Below, piece by piece: positions 39,740 through 49,474 of a stretch of DNA of 64,000 bases; within the stretch, counting starts at the first letter, position 1; each line of letters starts with the position of its first letter. A program made the position numbers and the translations under genes. The stretch is from Gemmatimonadota bacterium (GTDB lineage: Bacteria > Gemmatimonadota > Gemmatimonadetes > Gemmatimonadales > GWC2-71-9). The DNA lies in assembly GCA_039586815.1 (NCBI GenBank), contig JBDHJR010000006.1, positions 26,455-90,454 of the forward strand. Reading direction: 5' to 3'. The notes beneath the pieces were generated by a model that saw only the letters and a list, made by a program, of their open reading frames with translations, searched no databases and was not told the origin of the DNA.

Positions 39740-40491
39740 TGTGGCTCCCTCTTCTCGATGTAGGCCTGGATGCCCTCGTGGGCGTCGTGCAGCGCCATCA
39801 GGTCGTGCAGATACAGGTTCTCGGCCTTGTACAGGGCCTCCTCGTAGGCCGAGTAGTAGGACTCCATCTGCGCCCGCTTGGCGAGCATCAGCACCGGCCC
39901 CGACTTCGAGGTGAGCTCACCCACGAACGCCTCGAGGCCGGCCTCGAACTCGTCGTCGGGGAACACCCGGTTCACCAAGCCGTACGCCTCGAGCTCATTG
40001 GCCGTGATCATGTTGCCGGTGAGAATCCACTCCATCGCCTTGCGCCGCGGCGCCGCCCGGGGCAGCACCACGCAAGCCACGGGGGGGATCACTCCCAGCT
40101 TGATCTCCGGCACGGCGAACTTGGCGGACTCGGACGCGACAACCAGGTTGCACCCGATGGCCAGCTCGAACCCACCACCCAGCGCCATGCCGTCCACCGC
40201 CGCGACGGCGACGACGTCCAGCAACCGGATGGTCTCGGGTATGCGGTGGAACACCTGGAGCATGCGGGCGACCTTGTCCCGCGTGTGATCTGCGATGTCG
40301 ACCCCCGCGCTGAAGGCCTTTCCCCTGCCCCGAACCACCAGCACCTTGAGCTCTGGGTGGGACTTGAGTTCCAGCAGCGCGGCGTTGATCTGCTCCATCA
40401 TCTCAATGTTCATGACATTGAGCGGTGGACGATCGAGGGTCAGGGTCGCAACGCTCTCCTTGAACGTGAGTTCGATGAGGTCGTAGCTCAC
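39724..40491 (-). CDS. Enoyl-CoA hydratase (dienoyl-CoA hydratase Dch-like)
   Basis: AFSAGVDI, GGGFEL, PEIKLGV, C-terminal YLHDLM..HDAHEGI. Confidence 0.85.
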   Translation of the reverse strand: MSYDLIELTFKESVATLTLDRPPLNVMNIEMMEQINAALLELKSHPELKVLVVRGRGKAFSAGVDIADHTRDKVARMLQVFHRIPETIRLLDVVAVAAVDGMALGGGFELAIGCNLVVASESAKFAVPEIKLGVIPPVACVVLPRAAPRRKAMEWILTGNMITANELEAYGLVNRVFPDDEFEAGLEAFVGELTSKSGPVLMLAKRAQMESYYSAYEEALYKAENLYLHDLMALHDAHEGIQAYIEKREPQWRDA

Positions 40492-40561
40492 CTGAGAATC
40501 TCCCTGCGAGTTTGTTCGTGACGACGGCCCGCCAGCCTGCGCCGACGAGCGGCGGCGGGAA

Positions 40562-41332
40562 TCAGTGGAGGGTCAGCCCTCCGTCCACAAAGATAACCTG
40601 CCCCGTTATGTGTCGGGCATCGTCGGAGCAGAGGAAGACGGTGACGTGGGCGACGTCCTCGGGCTCTCCGATACGCCCCAGCACGGCCCCCTTTTCGGCG
40701 TCCTCCAGCACCTCTGGTGGGAGGGTCTCGATCAGCTCGGTGCGCACGAAGCCGGGAGCCACCGCGTTGACGTTGACGTTGTAGGGACCCAATTCGACCG
40801 CCGCCGACTTCGTCAGGCCCACGACCGCGGCCTTGCTGGCCGCGTAGTTGGCGACCCCGAATCCGGGCATGTACGCCTGGTGCGAGGCCACGCTCACCAC
40901 CTTGCCGTAGTGCTGTTCGCGGAAGTAAGGGGCTACCGCTTGGATGCAGTTGAATGTGCCCGTGAGGTTGGTGTCGACCACGTCCCGCCATGCCCTTTCG
41001 GGCAACCGCCACAGGGCCCCGTCGCGGTGGATTCCCGCGTTGTTGACCAGGTAATGCAGGCCGCCCAGCTCGGCGTGCGCCGCGCCCATGAAGTCGTCGA
41101 GTGCGTCGCGGTTGCGCACGTCGCAGGCAGCACTGTAGACGGCGACGCCGCACGCCCGCAGAGTGGTCTCCGTGAGCAGCGCCTGTGCGGTGACGTCGCG
41201 GTTGGGAAGCTCTATGTAGTTGAAGGCTACGTTCACGCCGCGCCTGGCAAACTCCAGGGCGATTGCACGCCCCAGCCCGGTTGCCGCCCCGGTTACCACG
41301 GCCGTGAGCCCTCGCATCTCCCGGCGGGCCAC
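40562..41332 (-). CDS. SDR oxidoreductase (FabG-like)
   Basis: TGAATGLG, NNAG, YAASK, NAVAPG; may extend to 41425. Confidence 0.92.
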   Translation of the reverse strand: MARREMRGLTAVVTGAATGLGRAIALEFARRGVNVAFNYIELPNRDVTAQALLTETTLRACGVAVYSAACDVRNRDALDDFMGAAHAELGGLHYLVNNAGIHRDGALWRLPERAWRDVVDTNLTGTFNCIQAVAPYFREQHYGKVVSVASHQAYMPGFGVANYAASKAAVVGLTKSAAVELGPYNVNVNAVAPGFVRTELIETLPPEVLEDAEKGAVLGRIGEPEDVAHVTVFLCSDDARHITGQVIFVDGGLTLH

Positions 41333-41505
41333 GCGCTCGGCCTGCGGCTGCTCGACGAGCGCGGATCCTGACCGGTGCTCGCTCCGGGGGCCGAACTCAA
41401 CCGGGTCGGGCGGGTCGTACGGGATGGTTCACCTTCTGTTTCGAGAGCTTCGAACGTACGGCGCAAGCCAACAACTGGCAACCACTTCCGGCACCCCGCC
41501 GGAGC

Positions 41506-43242
41506 CTATTTCCGCAATGCTCGCCTCACTGCCCCGGCGGCCTCGAAGATGAGCCACAGCTCGAGCACGAAGATCGCGCCGCCCACCGCCAGCAGTATGG
41601 CCTGGCTGTCCGTGTAGTAGCGGATCAGGTTGAGCACCATCGCCCAGGTGGTCATGAACAGCAGGAAGATCATGGGGATGGCGGTTACCCAGATCTTCCG
41701 CTTGAGGCTCAGCAGGAAGAGCGTCACGACCAGCAGGCTGAGGGCTCCGGTGAGCTGGTTTGTGGTTCCGAACAGGGGCCACAGGCGCATCCCGCCGGCG
41801 CCGCGGTCGATCCCCAGGGCGAGCACCGCGCAGCTCGCGACCGCCACCAGCGTGGCGAGCCAGCGGTTCTGCGCCGCCTTCACTCGGTACTGGGCGCCCA
41901 GCTCCGAGATGATGTAGCGCTGCAGCCGCACTCCCGTGTCCATGGTGGTGGCGGCGAACGAGATCACTACCACGGCGGCGAAGATCACCGCCACCTGGCG
42001 TGGGATTCCGACGCCCTCCGCAAGCACCCCGACACCGTTCACGAACGCGGTGGTCGCCCCGCTCGAGGCCTGGGCCCAGCTGCCGTAGTGCTGATGCCAC
42101 CCGTCGACCCCCACCACGATGGCGAACCCCGCGGTGGTGGCCAGGATCGACGTGAGGGCCAGCGTGCCCTCGCCGATCATCCCGCCATACCCAACGTAGC
42201 GGGCGTCGGTCTCCTTGTTGAGCTGCTTGGAAGAGGTGCCCGACGCCACCAGACCGTGGAACCCGCTGATGGCGCCGCACGCGATCGTGATGAACAGCAG
42301 GGGAAACCAGCTCGGTGCGTCCGCCGGCAGCTCGGTATTCACCGCCGGAGCGACGACCTCCGGATTCACGATGAGAACCCCTAGGAAGATGATTCCCAGC
42401 GCTACGAACAACTGGTGGCTGTTCACGTAGTCGCGCGGCTGGAGCAGGACCCACACCGGCAGCACACTCGCGAAGAACGCGTACACGAACAGCAGAATCA
42501 CCCACCCGGCTCGCATGCCGTCGACCTGGGCAGCAGCCTGGGCGGCGCTCGCATCACCGGCGGCGGCTTCGAGCTGGGCCGCACTCGGCGCGAAGCCGAA
42601 CACGTCGGGCAGCGTGAAGGGGACGTACTGGCCCAGCCAGATGAGGACGTAGAGGACGGCGAGCGCCCCGAGCGACGGCCACAGGATTCCGGTGCGCGTG
42701 CGGTAGATCATCAGCCCTACGATGACGGCCACCGCGAGGCTGCCCCAAACGGGAAGCACCGCACCGGGGTTGGCCACGAACAGGTTCGCGATCACCACGG
42801 CGAACACCGCGTTCACCAGCAGCAGCAGGAAGAATATGATCAGCAGGAACAGCACCTTCGCCCGGCCGCCCACAATCTGCTCGGTCAGCGTCCCTATGGA
42901 ATTGCCCTTGTGCCGCACCGAGATCCACAGCGTCCCGAAGTCGTGCACCGCTCCGGCGAAGATGGTGCCGAGGGTGACCCACAGGAACGCCGGCAACCAG
43001 CCCCAGATCACGGCTATGGCGGGGCCCACAATGGGTGCCGCCCCCGCCACGGAGGTGAAGTGGTGCCCGAACAGCACGTGGCGGTTGGTGGGCAGGTAGT
43101 CCACGCCGTCCTCGAACTCGTGCGACGGCGTGACAAAGTCAGGATCGAGTTGGTAGATGCGCCGAGAGATGTAGCGGGAGTAGACGTGATACCCCGTGAG
43201 AAAGGCCAGCAGCCCCACCACCAGCAGTGCAATCGCGCTCAC
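41506..43242 (-). CDS. cstA: Carbon starvation CstA-family transporter
   Basis: FGHHFTSVAGAAPIVGP, LLQPRDY, ACGAISGFH, WPLFGTTNQL; AGGAGG SD. Confidence 0.95.
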   Translation of the reverse strand: MSAIALLVVGLLAFLTGYHVYSRYISRRIYQLDPDFVTPSHEFEDGVDYLPTNRHVLFGHHFTSVAGAAPIVGPAIAVIWGWLPAFLWVTLGTIFAGAVHDFGTLWISVRHKGNSIGTLTEQIVGGRAKVLFLLIIFFLLLLVNAVFAVVIANLFVANPGAVLPVWGSLAVAVIVGLMIYRTRTGILWPSLGALAVLYVLIWLGQYVPFTLPDVFGFAPSAAQLEAAAGDASAAQAAAQVDGMRAGWVILLFVYAFFASVLPVWVLLQPRDYVNSHQLFVALGIIFLGVLIVNPEVVAPAVNTELPADAPSWFPLLFITIACGAISGFHGLVASGTSSKQLNKETDARYVGYGGMIGEGTLALTSILATTAGFAIVVGVDGWHQHYGSWAQASSGATTAFVNGVGVLAEGVGIPRQVAVIFAAVVVISFAATTMDTGVRLQRYIISELGAQYRVKAAQNRWLATLVAVASCAVLALGIDRGAGGMRLWPLFGTTNQLTGALSLLVVTLFLLSLKRKIWVTAIPMIFLLFMTTWAMVLNLIRYYTDSQAILLAVGGAIFVLELWLIFEAAGAVRRALRK

Positions 43243-43365
43243 CCGAGACCTCCTATGGCGTCACGCGCGTAATGTACGGGCGACGGCCGAGCGAGGCGAG
43301 CGCGCTTGCCAGCGGCGGCTGGTGGTGCGAGTAATAGGCACCGCAACCAGACCGGAAGAGACCCC

Positions 43366-44268
43366 ATGAGCAAAGAGAATCGCGCGCTGCGCCTGTCTAC
43401 CGTCGGTGCTCTGTTTCTGGCCGCGCTGGGCATCGCGTTCGCCTGGCTCACCGCCTCGGGAGCCATCCTGCTGGACGGCTTCTTCAATCTCATCTCGTTC
43501 GCGATGGGACTGCTGTCGCTCAGGGTCGCGGGTCTGCTGCAGCAGCCGGACGATGAGCGGTATCACTTCGGCTACGCGTTCTTCGAGCCGTTCCTCAACA
43601 CGATCAAGGGACTCGTCACCGTAGCTGTGGCGGCCTTCGCCGGCGCCTCGGCGGTGGACGCAATACTCCAGGGCGGCCGCGAACTGGCGTTGGGGCCGGC
43701 GGTGGGATACGCCGTGGTCGCGACGGCCGTGTGCGTGATGGTGGGGCTGGTTCAGGTGCGAGTGGCCAAGCAGGTGCATTCGCCCCTCGTGGAGGTGGAC
43801 GCGCGCAATTGGGGCCTGAACGCCGCGGTGAGCGGGGTGGTCGCGGTGGCCTTCATCGCGGCGTTCTTGCTGCAGGGCACGCGGTGGTCGGGACTCGTTC
43901 CATACGTCGATCCGGCGCTGGTGCTGGCCCTGGTCGTCGTGGCGATCCCGATTCCGATTCGGATCGTGATTCAGAGCGTTGGGCAGCTCCTCAGCGCTGC
44001 GCCCGACCCGGCGGTGCAGCAGCGCGTGCGCGAGGCGTTCGCCGAGGCCGTGGCGTCTTACGGGTTCCCCCGGACCTCGCTGCGCATGGTGCGAGTGGGG
44101 CGCTACTTCTACGTGCTGAACCACATTCTGGTGACGGGTGACTTCCGGGTGGCGCGGGTGAGCGAGCTGGACGACATCCGCCGCAGCGTGCGAGACGCGA
44201 TTCAGTCGGTCGAGCGCTCGCTGGTGATCGACACTGTGTTCACCGAAGACGAAGCGCTGATCAGCTGA
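43366..44268 (+). CDS. Cation diffusion facilitator family transporter
   Basis: 6 TM, ASGAILLDG, PDDERYHFGY..EP, cytosolic C-domain RVGR. Confidence 0.82.
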   Translation: MSKENRALRLSTVGALFLAALGIAFAWLTASGAILLDGFFNLISFAMGLLSLRVAGLLQQPDDERYHFGYAFFEPFLNTIKGLVTVAVAAFAGASAVDAILQGGRELALGPAVGYAVVATAVCVMVGLVQVRVAKQVHSPLVEVDARNWGLNAAVSGVVAVAFIAAFLLQGTRWSGLVPYVDPALVLALVVVAIPIPIRIVIQSVGQLLSAAPDPAVQQRVREAFAEAVASYGFPRTSLRMVRVGRYFYVLNHILVTGDFRVARVSELDDIRRSVRDAIQSVERSLVIDTVFTEDEALIS

Positions 44269-45229
44269 GGGCGGCGCGCTCCGATTCGGGAAGCGATGCG
44301 ATGATGCGTCGCAGCGCCGCGAGACCGTGCGCGTCGGTCTCCAGCAGCGGGATGCGGTGCACCGGATGGGCGGCGAACGCGGCGTCTGCACGCTCGAGAT
44401 ACCGCGCCTCGCGCTCGCGACGGCGCTCAACGAACTCCCCAGCCGCTGCGTCGGGCAGCACCCGGTTGAGAAACACGGCCCCCACCGGAACGCCGTAGCA
44501 ATCCAGGGTGTGCACGGCCTTCTCGGCCTCCAGCAGGGGAAGCCGTTCGGGAACCGCCACCAGCACGAACGTGCTGCGCCGCTCGTCAGTGAGCACAGCG
44601 CGCGCCCGCTCGAAGCGCGCCTTGCGATCCTCCAGTGCCGCCAGCACCCGGTCGTCCGGCGCGTGTCCGTCACCGGCCGCGGCGCCCGATACGCGGCGCC
44701 ACATGCGTCCCAGGGCATTCATCTTCCTGCGCCGTCCGATCAACCCGCCCATCCACGTCGCCATCTGCTCCGGCAGTGACAGCAGCCGCAGCGTGTGCCC
44801 CAGCGGCGCGGTATCGAACACCAGGCGATCGTAGCGCTCGCCCGCCTCCTCCATGATCCGGGCGAATCGCTCGAACAGCGCCGCTTCCTCGGCGCCCGGC
44901 GACACCCGCGCGATGTCGATCTGCCGCTCCACCTCTGCCATCAAGCGGGGCGGCGTGGTGTCGGCGATTCGGGACTTCACGTCGGCGATGTAGCGGTCCG
45001 CTTCCTGTACGGGATCGATCTCGATGGCCCAGAGCCGCGGCAGGACCTCGCGCGGCTCCGGCCCCACCTCCAGCTCGAGGATGTCACCCGTGGAGTGGGC
45101 CGGATCGGTGGAGACCAGCAGCGTGCGCTTCCCCTGCTCGGCAGCCAACAGCGCAAACGCAGATGCCAGTGTCGTCTTCCCGACACCACCCTTGCCACCG
45201 AAGAACAGGACCTCGCGCTCTAGCAGCAC
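44261..45229 (-). CDS. Single-domain ArsA/Get3-family ATPase
   Basis: FFGGKGGVGKTT, STDPAHS, FDTAPLGH; GTG 45229 preceded by GGAGG (alternative ATG 45277). Confidence 0.9.
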   Translation of the reverse strand: MLLEREVLFFGGKGGVGKTTLASAFALLAAEQGKRTLLVSTDPAHSTGDILELEVGPEPREVLPRLWAIEIDPVQEADRYIADVKSRIADTTPPRLMAEVERQIDIARVSPGAEEAALFERFARIMEEAGERYDRLVFDTAPLGHTLRLLSLPEQMATWMGGLIGRRRKMNALGRMWRRVSGAAAGDGHAPDDRVLAALEDRKARFERARAVLTDERRSTFVLVAVPERLPLLEAEKAVHTLDCYGVPVGAVFLNRVLPDAAAGEFVERRREREARYLERADAAFAAHPVHRIPLLETDAHGLAALRRIIASLPESERAALS

Positions 45230-45492
45230 CGGAAGCCTCCCTCGGGGGGATGCTCCATTCCCATGCGCAGATGCCACTGGTGGAACTGCTCGATCAGCTC
45301 GGGATAGAGCTCCAGCGTGTAGAACGCCACCGGATTCGGTGCACCGAGCAGGTCGGAGAACCCGGCGAGCAGGAAGAGGTCGCGTTGCTCCAGATACTCG
45401 CGGTAGATCTGCGCGCGGTAGGGGGCGACGAACATGCCCTCGTAGATCTCCCGCGCGGCGCGCAGCCGCCGCCGTAGCTCGCCATCAGTCAT
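45220..45492 (-). CDS. CstA-associated small protein ending in Cys-Cys (cory-CC-star-like)
   Basis: LGAPNPVAFYTLELYP, FHQWHLRMGM, terminal GFRCC-TAG; upstream of the ArsA-like gene. Confidence 0.8.
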   Translation of the reverse strand: MTDGELRRRLRAAREIYEGMFVAPYRAQIYREYLEQRDLFLLAGFSDLLGAPNPVAFYTLELYPELIEQFHQWHLRMGMEHPPEGGFRCC

Positions 45493-47101
45493 CCAGCCCC
45501 ATGCCCCACCGGATGAGGCTCACCGGGAGGCCGCCGTAGCCTAGCACGGTGTCGTGGAAGTCTTGCAGTGAGTAGTCTGCACCTCGCGCCGCACGGTAGG
45601 CCTCGCGCAGCGAGCGGATCTCCCTGCGCCCCACGGCATAGCACAGCTGATAGGCCGGCTCCGCACAGTAGCGGCGCACCTCTGCCTCGGCATGGGACCG
45701 ATCCACCTGGATCCGCTCCATCATCTGTGCCACGGCCTCTTCGAATCCCATTCCACGAGTGTGAAGGCCGACGTCGAGCACGACGCGCAGCGCGCGCCAC
45801 AGCAGCGCGATCTTCTGGAAGAGCAGCTCCTCCGGACCGGAGTAGAACCCTTCCTCGGCCATCATCTCCTCGCAGTACAGTGCCCAGCCCTCGAACGTGA
45901 GAGGCGTGTCCACGACCCTGCGCACCAGGCGCTCCTGGCTCTGAGCCGCCAGGAATTGCAGGTGGTGGCCGGGATATCCCTCGTGCAGCGCGGTGGACGC
46001 GAGATCGTGTACGCAGTGATCGCGCAGGATGCGCTCTTCCAGGTCCGGTGCCTCCCCCGCCTCGGGCGGCGTGACGAAGAACCAGCCGCTGCGGTCGGGC
46101 GAGAAGGCTCCGGGCGGATGATAGGCCGCAAACGGAATGAGCGGGCGGAGAAACTCGGGCGTGGCGATCACGTGCAACTGACCATCCGGAATGGATGCGA
46201 GACCCCGCTCTTCCACGAAGCGCCGGGCACGCTCCATCTGCTCGGCGTAGGCACCCACCAGCTCGTCGCCCGCGGGATGCTCGGCCCGCAGGTGATCCGC
46301 CACGTCCTGCCACGGGACACCCGGCTCGATCAGGTTGGCCGCCTCGGCGAGTTCCGCTTCGACTTCCTCCACCAGCGCGAGGCCGTAGCGCCACAGCTCC
46401 GGCGCGGTGTTGCGCAACGCGTGCTGGTAGTGAAGGCGGAAGTTGAACGCCTCCTCTCCGATGGCGAAATCGTTGCCGTTCTCGGTCAGCAGCTCGCCAC
46501 GAAGGTACCTGTCGAAATCGTGCAAGGCGGTCGTTGCCGCATCGCAGTCATCCGCAAATGCTTCATCGTCGGGTGGCGCCAGCTCGCGGCGGATCTCTCC
46601 CACGAGCACTCCCCCCCGGGCGATCACGTCGATGCAGGTCTCCACGAACACCGAGGGACAGTCGCGTAACGTGGCTTTGCCGCTCTCCAGGTAACCGGGC
46701 ACCGCGCGGATGCGCGCGGCTGCCGCACGAGCGCGATGCTCCCACGGCCGATCCTGCATCATGAGCAGCTGGTACAGCCCCTCGAGCACGTGTGATGCCC
46801 AGAACGTGGGGTTGCGGACGTGGGGTTGTTCACGCTCCAGGCGGTGGATCGCAAACCGCGCGTCGTCCAGCAGCGCCGTGCGGTCGATCTCGTCCTGCAG
46901 TCCGTCGGGATCCGTTTCCTCCATGGCGCCAGTGAGCGACTTCAACGCAGCCAAGTACTGCCGGGTCTCTTCCTCGCCGTGGGCTCCCAACCGGTGGTCG
47001 TGCTCCACGACACCCGCGGCACTAGCCGCCACCGGGTCCATGTTCCAGCGGAGATCGAGGTAGGACTCTACGAGCTCGTTGAATGCCGCAGTCGTGCTCA
47101 C
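45485..47101 (-). CDS. DUF885 family protein (putative metallopeptidase)
   Basis: HEGYPGHHLQ, EGWALYCE, RALRVVLDVGLH, EVRRY; no signal peptide. Confidence 0.88.
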   Translation of the reverse strand: MSTTAAFNELVESYLDLRWNMDPVAASAAGVVEHDHRLGAHGEEETRQYLAALKSLTGAMEETDPDGLQDEIDRTALLDDARFAIHRLEREQPHVRNPTFWASHVLEGLYQLLMMQDRPWEHRARAAAARIRAVPGYLESGKATLRDCPSVFVETCIDVIARGGVLVGEIRRELAPPDDEAFADDCDAATTALHDFDRYLRGELLTENGNDFAIGEEAFNFRLHYQHALRNTAPELWRYGLALVEEVEAELAEAANLIEPGVPWQDVADHLRAEHPAGDELVGAYAEQMERARRFVEERGLASIPDGQLHVIATPEFLRPLIPFAAYHPPGAFSPDRSGWFFVTPPEAGEAPDLEERILRDHCVHDLASTALHEGYPGHHLQFLAAQSQERLVRRVVDTPLTFEGWALYCEEMMAEEGFYSGPEELLFQKIALLWRALRVVLDVGLHTRGMGFEEAVAQMMERIQVDRSHAEAEVRRYCAEPAYQLCYAVGRREIRSLREAYRAARGADYSLQDFHDTVLGYGGLPVSLIRWGMGLDD

Positions 47102-47185
47102 TGGACTCTCACTCGGGGCGCCGGAGGGCCTATGCGTCCCAATATCGCCAAAGTGTGCCGCCGTGGATGACGCGAGTCAACCCGG

Positions 47186-47953
47186 CTAGAGTGCGTCGCG
47201 CAACCAGTCGGCAATATACGTCGCGACGTCCTGCCAACCTGGCTCTCCGACCGTCCAATGCGCGTGACCGGGGAATTCCCGATACGTGCAATGGGGGCCG
47301 TACCGAGCTGCGATCTGTCGCGTCACGGCCACCGGCGTGATGCGATCCTCCGCACCCGCCACTATCAGCACGGGACGCCGCACCCGCTCTTCGATAACTT
47401 GCGACGCCTTGTGGCGATCGAACAACCAGAAGCCGGCCTCGCTCGCCGCGCGCCCCGATTCGTGCACGAACCGCGCGTACGCCTCCCGCTGTTCCTCCTG
47501 ACTGAACAGATGCAGCATGGAGTACGCGGCCTCTTCGAACGTCTGCCTGAACGGCTTGCGCCAGAATCCCCAGGTGGTAAGGGCGCTCTTGAACGAGCGA
47601 ATCACCGAGGGACGCAGCGCGAACACACCGCGCGGCGGGGCGGGATTGAGCTGTACCAATGCCTTGCCGGCACCACGGCTCGCCACAATGGCGCTGAGCA
47701 GGCCACCCATCGAGTGCCCCATGAGGATGGGATCGGTGCCGAGGCTCGCAATCTCTTCCTCCAGGTCACGCACGTAGTCCAGCAAGCTGGTGGTTCCGAG
47801 GTTGGGGTCGGGCGGCGCGGCAGGATCCACGTCGTGGTAGCGCAGCGTGGGCGTCACACAGCGGTAGCCTTTGGCCTCGAAGAAGGATCTGAACTTGGCC
47901 CAGTACCACCCGCCGCCCCACATACCGTGGGTCATGAAGATGGTGTCGCTCAT
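47186..47953 (-). CDS. Alpha/beta hydrolase
   Basis: HGMWGG, GHSMGG, AEDRITP, HAH. Confidence 0.9.
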   Translation of the reverse strand: MSDTIFMTHGMWGGGWYWAKFRSFFEAKGYRCVTPTLRYHDVDPAAPPDPNLGTTSLLDYVRDLEEEIASLGTDPILMGHSMGGLLSAIVASRGAGKALVQLNPAPPRGVFALRPSVIRSFKSALTTWGFWRKPFRQTFEEAAYSMLHLFSQEEQREAYARFVHESGRAASEAGFWLFDRHKASQVIEERVRRPVLIVAGAEDRITPVAVTRQIAARYGPHCTYREFPGHAHWTVGEPGWQDVATYIADWLRDAL

Positions 47954-49452
47954 GGCAGCGGGTAGAGTCCCTCGGGCACGTTGCGGTAGTCGATCGTACT
48001 GAGATCGGCGGGACCCAAGCCGGGCGCGTCGACTATGACCACTGCTCCCGCGAGTCCGGTCTCCACGAAGCCGCGGCGGAAGTGCACGCGCGACTTGAGC
48101 ACCACCATATCCACCTCGCCGAGGTCTATTCCCAGCCGCCCGAAGATCCCCGGCGTCGTCACCTGGTGCAGCTGCGGGGTGAGGATCACACGGTTGTTGT
48201 TGCCGAACCGCAGCACGGCCACCGTGTCGGCCCGACCGTACTCGCCCAGATACTCTACCACCCCCTCAATTGGGACTGGCCTGCCGGCGAAACGGTCGGC
48301 GTAGCCACCCACGTTCACGCTCACGCGCTCGCCCGCCTGCGCCCGCGACACTACCTCGCGAATCGCCAGGGAGTCCGCAATGGTGGCGACTACGAAGTTG
48401 CGGGCACCCTGGCGGATCAACTCCTCCAGGATGTGGGTCGAGTTCCCCGTGCGATCGGCGTGGTCGGCCACCACCACGGGAGTGCGCCCCGCCCTGGCTG
48501 CCGCGACGGCCTGGGCAACACCCGCCCGGGTCTTGGGAAGTCTCTTGCCCGCGAATTCCTCGCGCACCCGCCAGATGTAGTCAGACATGTCGTCGGCGAT
48601 GCGGTCGGCCAGCTCCTGGTCGCCGTTGGCCACGACCATCACCGTCGCTCCCACCTCGGGCACGTCGGCATACGCGAACCCGAAGGCCACCGACACGAAC
48701 ACGTCGGTCTCCCGGTTCTCCCAGCGGCGCGCCCGCTCCATGATGTCCATGGCCGGCGACTCGCCCGTCCCCTGGAAAACGCTCGGCGTGATGACTCCCG
48801 GCTTGCGGGTGGCCATCACCGGCGAGAAGGTGCCGCGTATGGTCCGCAGCATGATGCGAGCCGCGCGCTCACCCTGGAGCCGCGCGTCGTAGTGGGGGTA
48901 GCGCTTGACGATGAACACAGCGTCGGCAGCGTCTGACAACTCGTGGTCCTCGTTGGCATGGAGATCCAGCGTCACGAAGATCGGAATGTCTCCCACCACC
49001 TCACGCACGCGCCGCACGATCTCGGCCTCGGGTCTGGCCACGTCGGTGACGGCCATTGCACCGTGCAGCGCGAGGAACACGCCGTCCAGCCGCCCGGCCC
49101 CCCGCAGGTCATCCGCGATGCCGTAGCTGTACTTGTCGAACGCCTCCTTGGTGATCCAGCTGCCCGACGATCCCCCCTTGGCGCCCCGCGGCGACAGGAT
49201 GCCCACGAGCTCTACGCCGCGGTGCTCGCGGGCACGGCTCACGAAGCCCTCGACGTAGGAACCTCGCTCGAGCACCGAATCGCCCCTTATCGGTGGGCCG
49301 TAGTACTCCCACTCGGCAACGCCCGTGGGTACCGGGCAGAACGTGCAGGTCTCGTGCGAGAATGTGGCCACGCCGATCCTGACAGTGTCCTGGCCGCAGC
49401 CCGCCACCGCCAGCAGCAGAGCCGGCGCTACGATCCGTGTCGCTGACCTCAT
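47950..49452 (-). CDS. MlrC/M81-family metallopeptidase lipoprotein
   Basis: VAGC lipobox, HETCTF, LHGAM, DLHAN, YPHYD, KSRVHFR. Confidence 0.88.
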   Translation of the reverse strand: MRSATRIVAPALLLAVAGCGQDTVRIGVATFSHETCTFCPVPTGVAEWEYYGPPIRGDSVLERGSYVEGFVSRAREHRGVELVGILSPRGAKGGSSGSWITKEAFDKYSYGIADDLRGAGRLDGVFLALHGAMAVTDVARPEAEIVRRVREVVGDIPIFVTLDLHANEDHELSDAADAVFIVKRYPHYDARLQGERAARIMLRTIRGTFSPVMATRKPGVITPSVFQGTGESPAMDIMERARRWENRETDVFVSVAFGFAYADVPEVGATVMVVANGDQELADRIADDMSDYIWRVREEFAGKRLPKTRAGVAQAVAAARAGRTPVVVADHADRTGNSTHILEELIRQGARNFVVATIADSLAIREVVSRAQAGERVSVNVGGYADRFAGRPVPIEGVVEYLGEYGRADTVAVLRFGNNNRVILTPQLHQVTTPGIFGRLGIDLGEVDMVVLKSRVHFRRGFVETGLAGAVVIVDAPGLGPADLSTIDYRNVPEGLYPLP

Positions 49453-49474
49453 GGCAGATGCTCCTCTCTCATTC

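Noticed and set aside
45220-45228. Possible selenocysteine in the CC-terminal small protein
   Set aside because: Codons are TGC TGC TAG; there is no in-frame TGA
44261-45277. Arsenic-resistance operon
   Set aside because: Single-domain ATPase without metalloid-binding Cys set; no arsB/acr3/arsC/arsR/arsD nearby
47950-49452. Microcystin degradation (mlr) cluster
   Set aside because: Only an MlrC-family member is present, with no mlrA/B/D; the family is widespread
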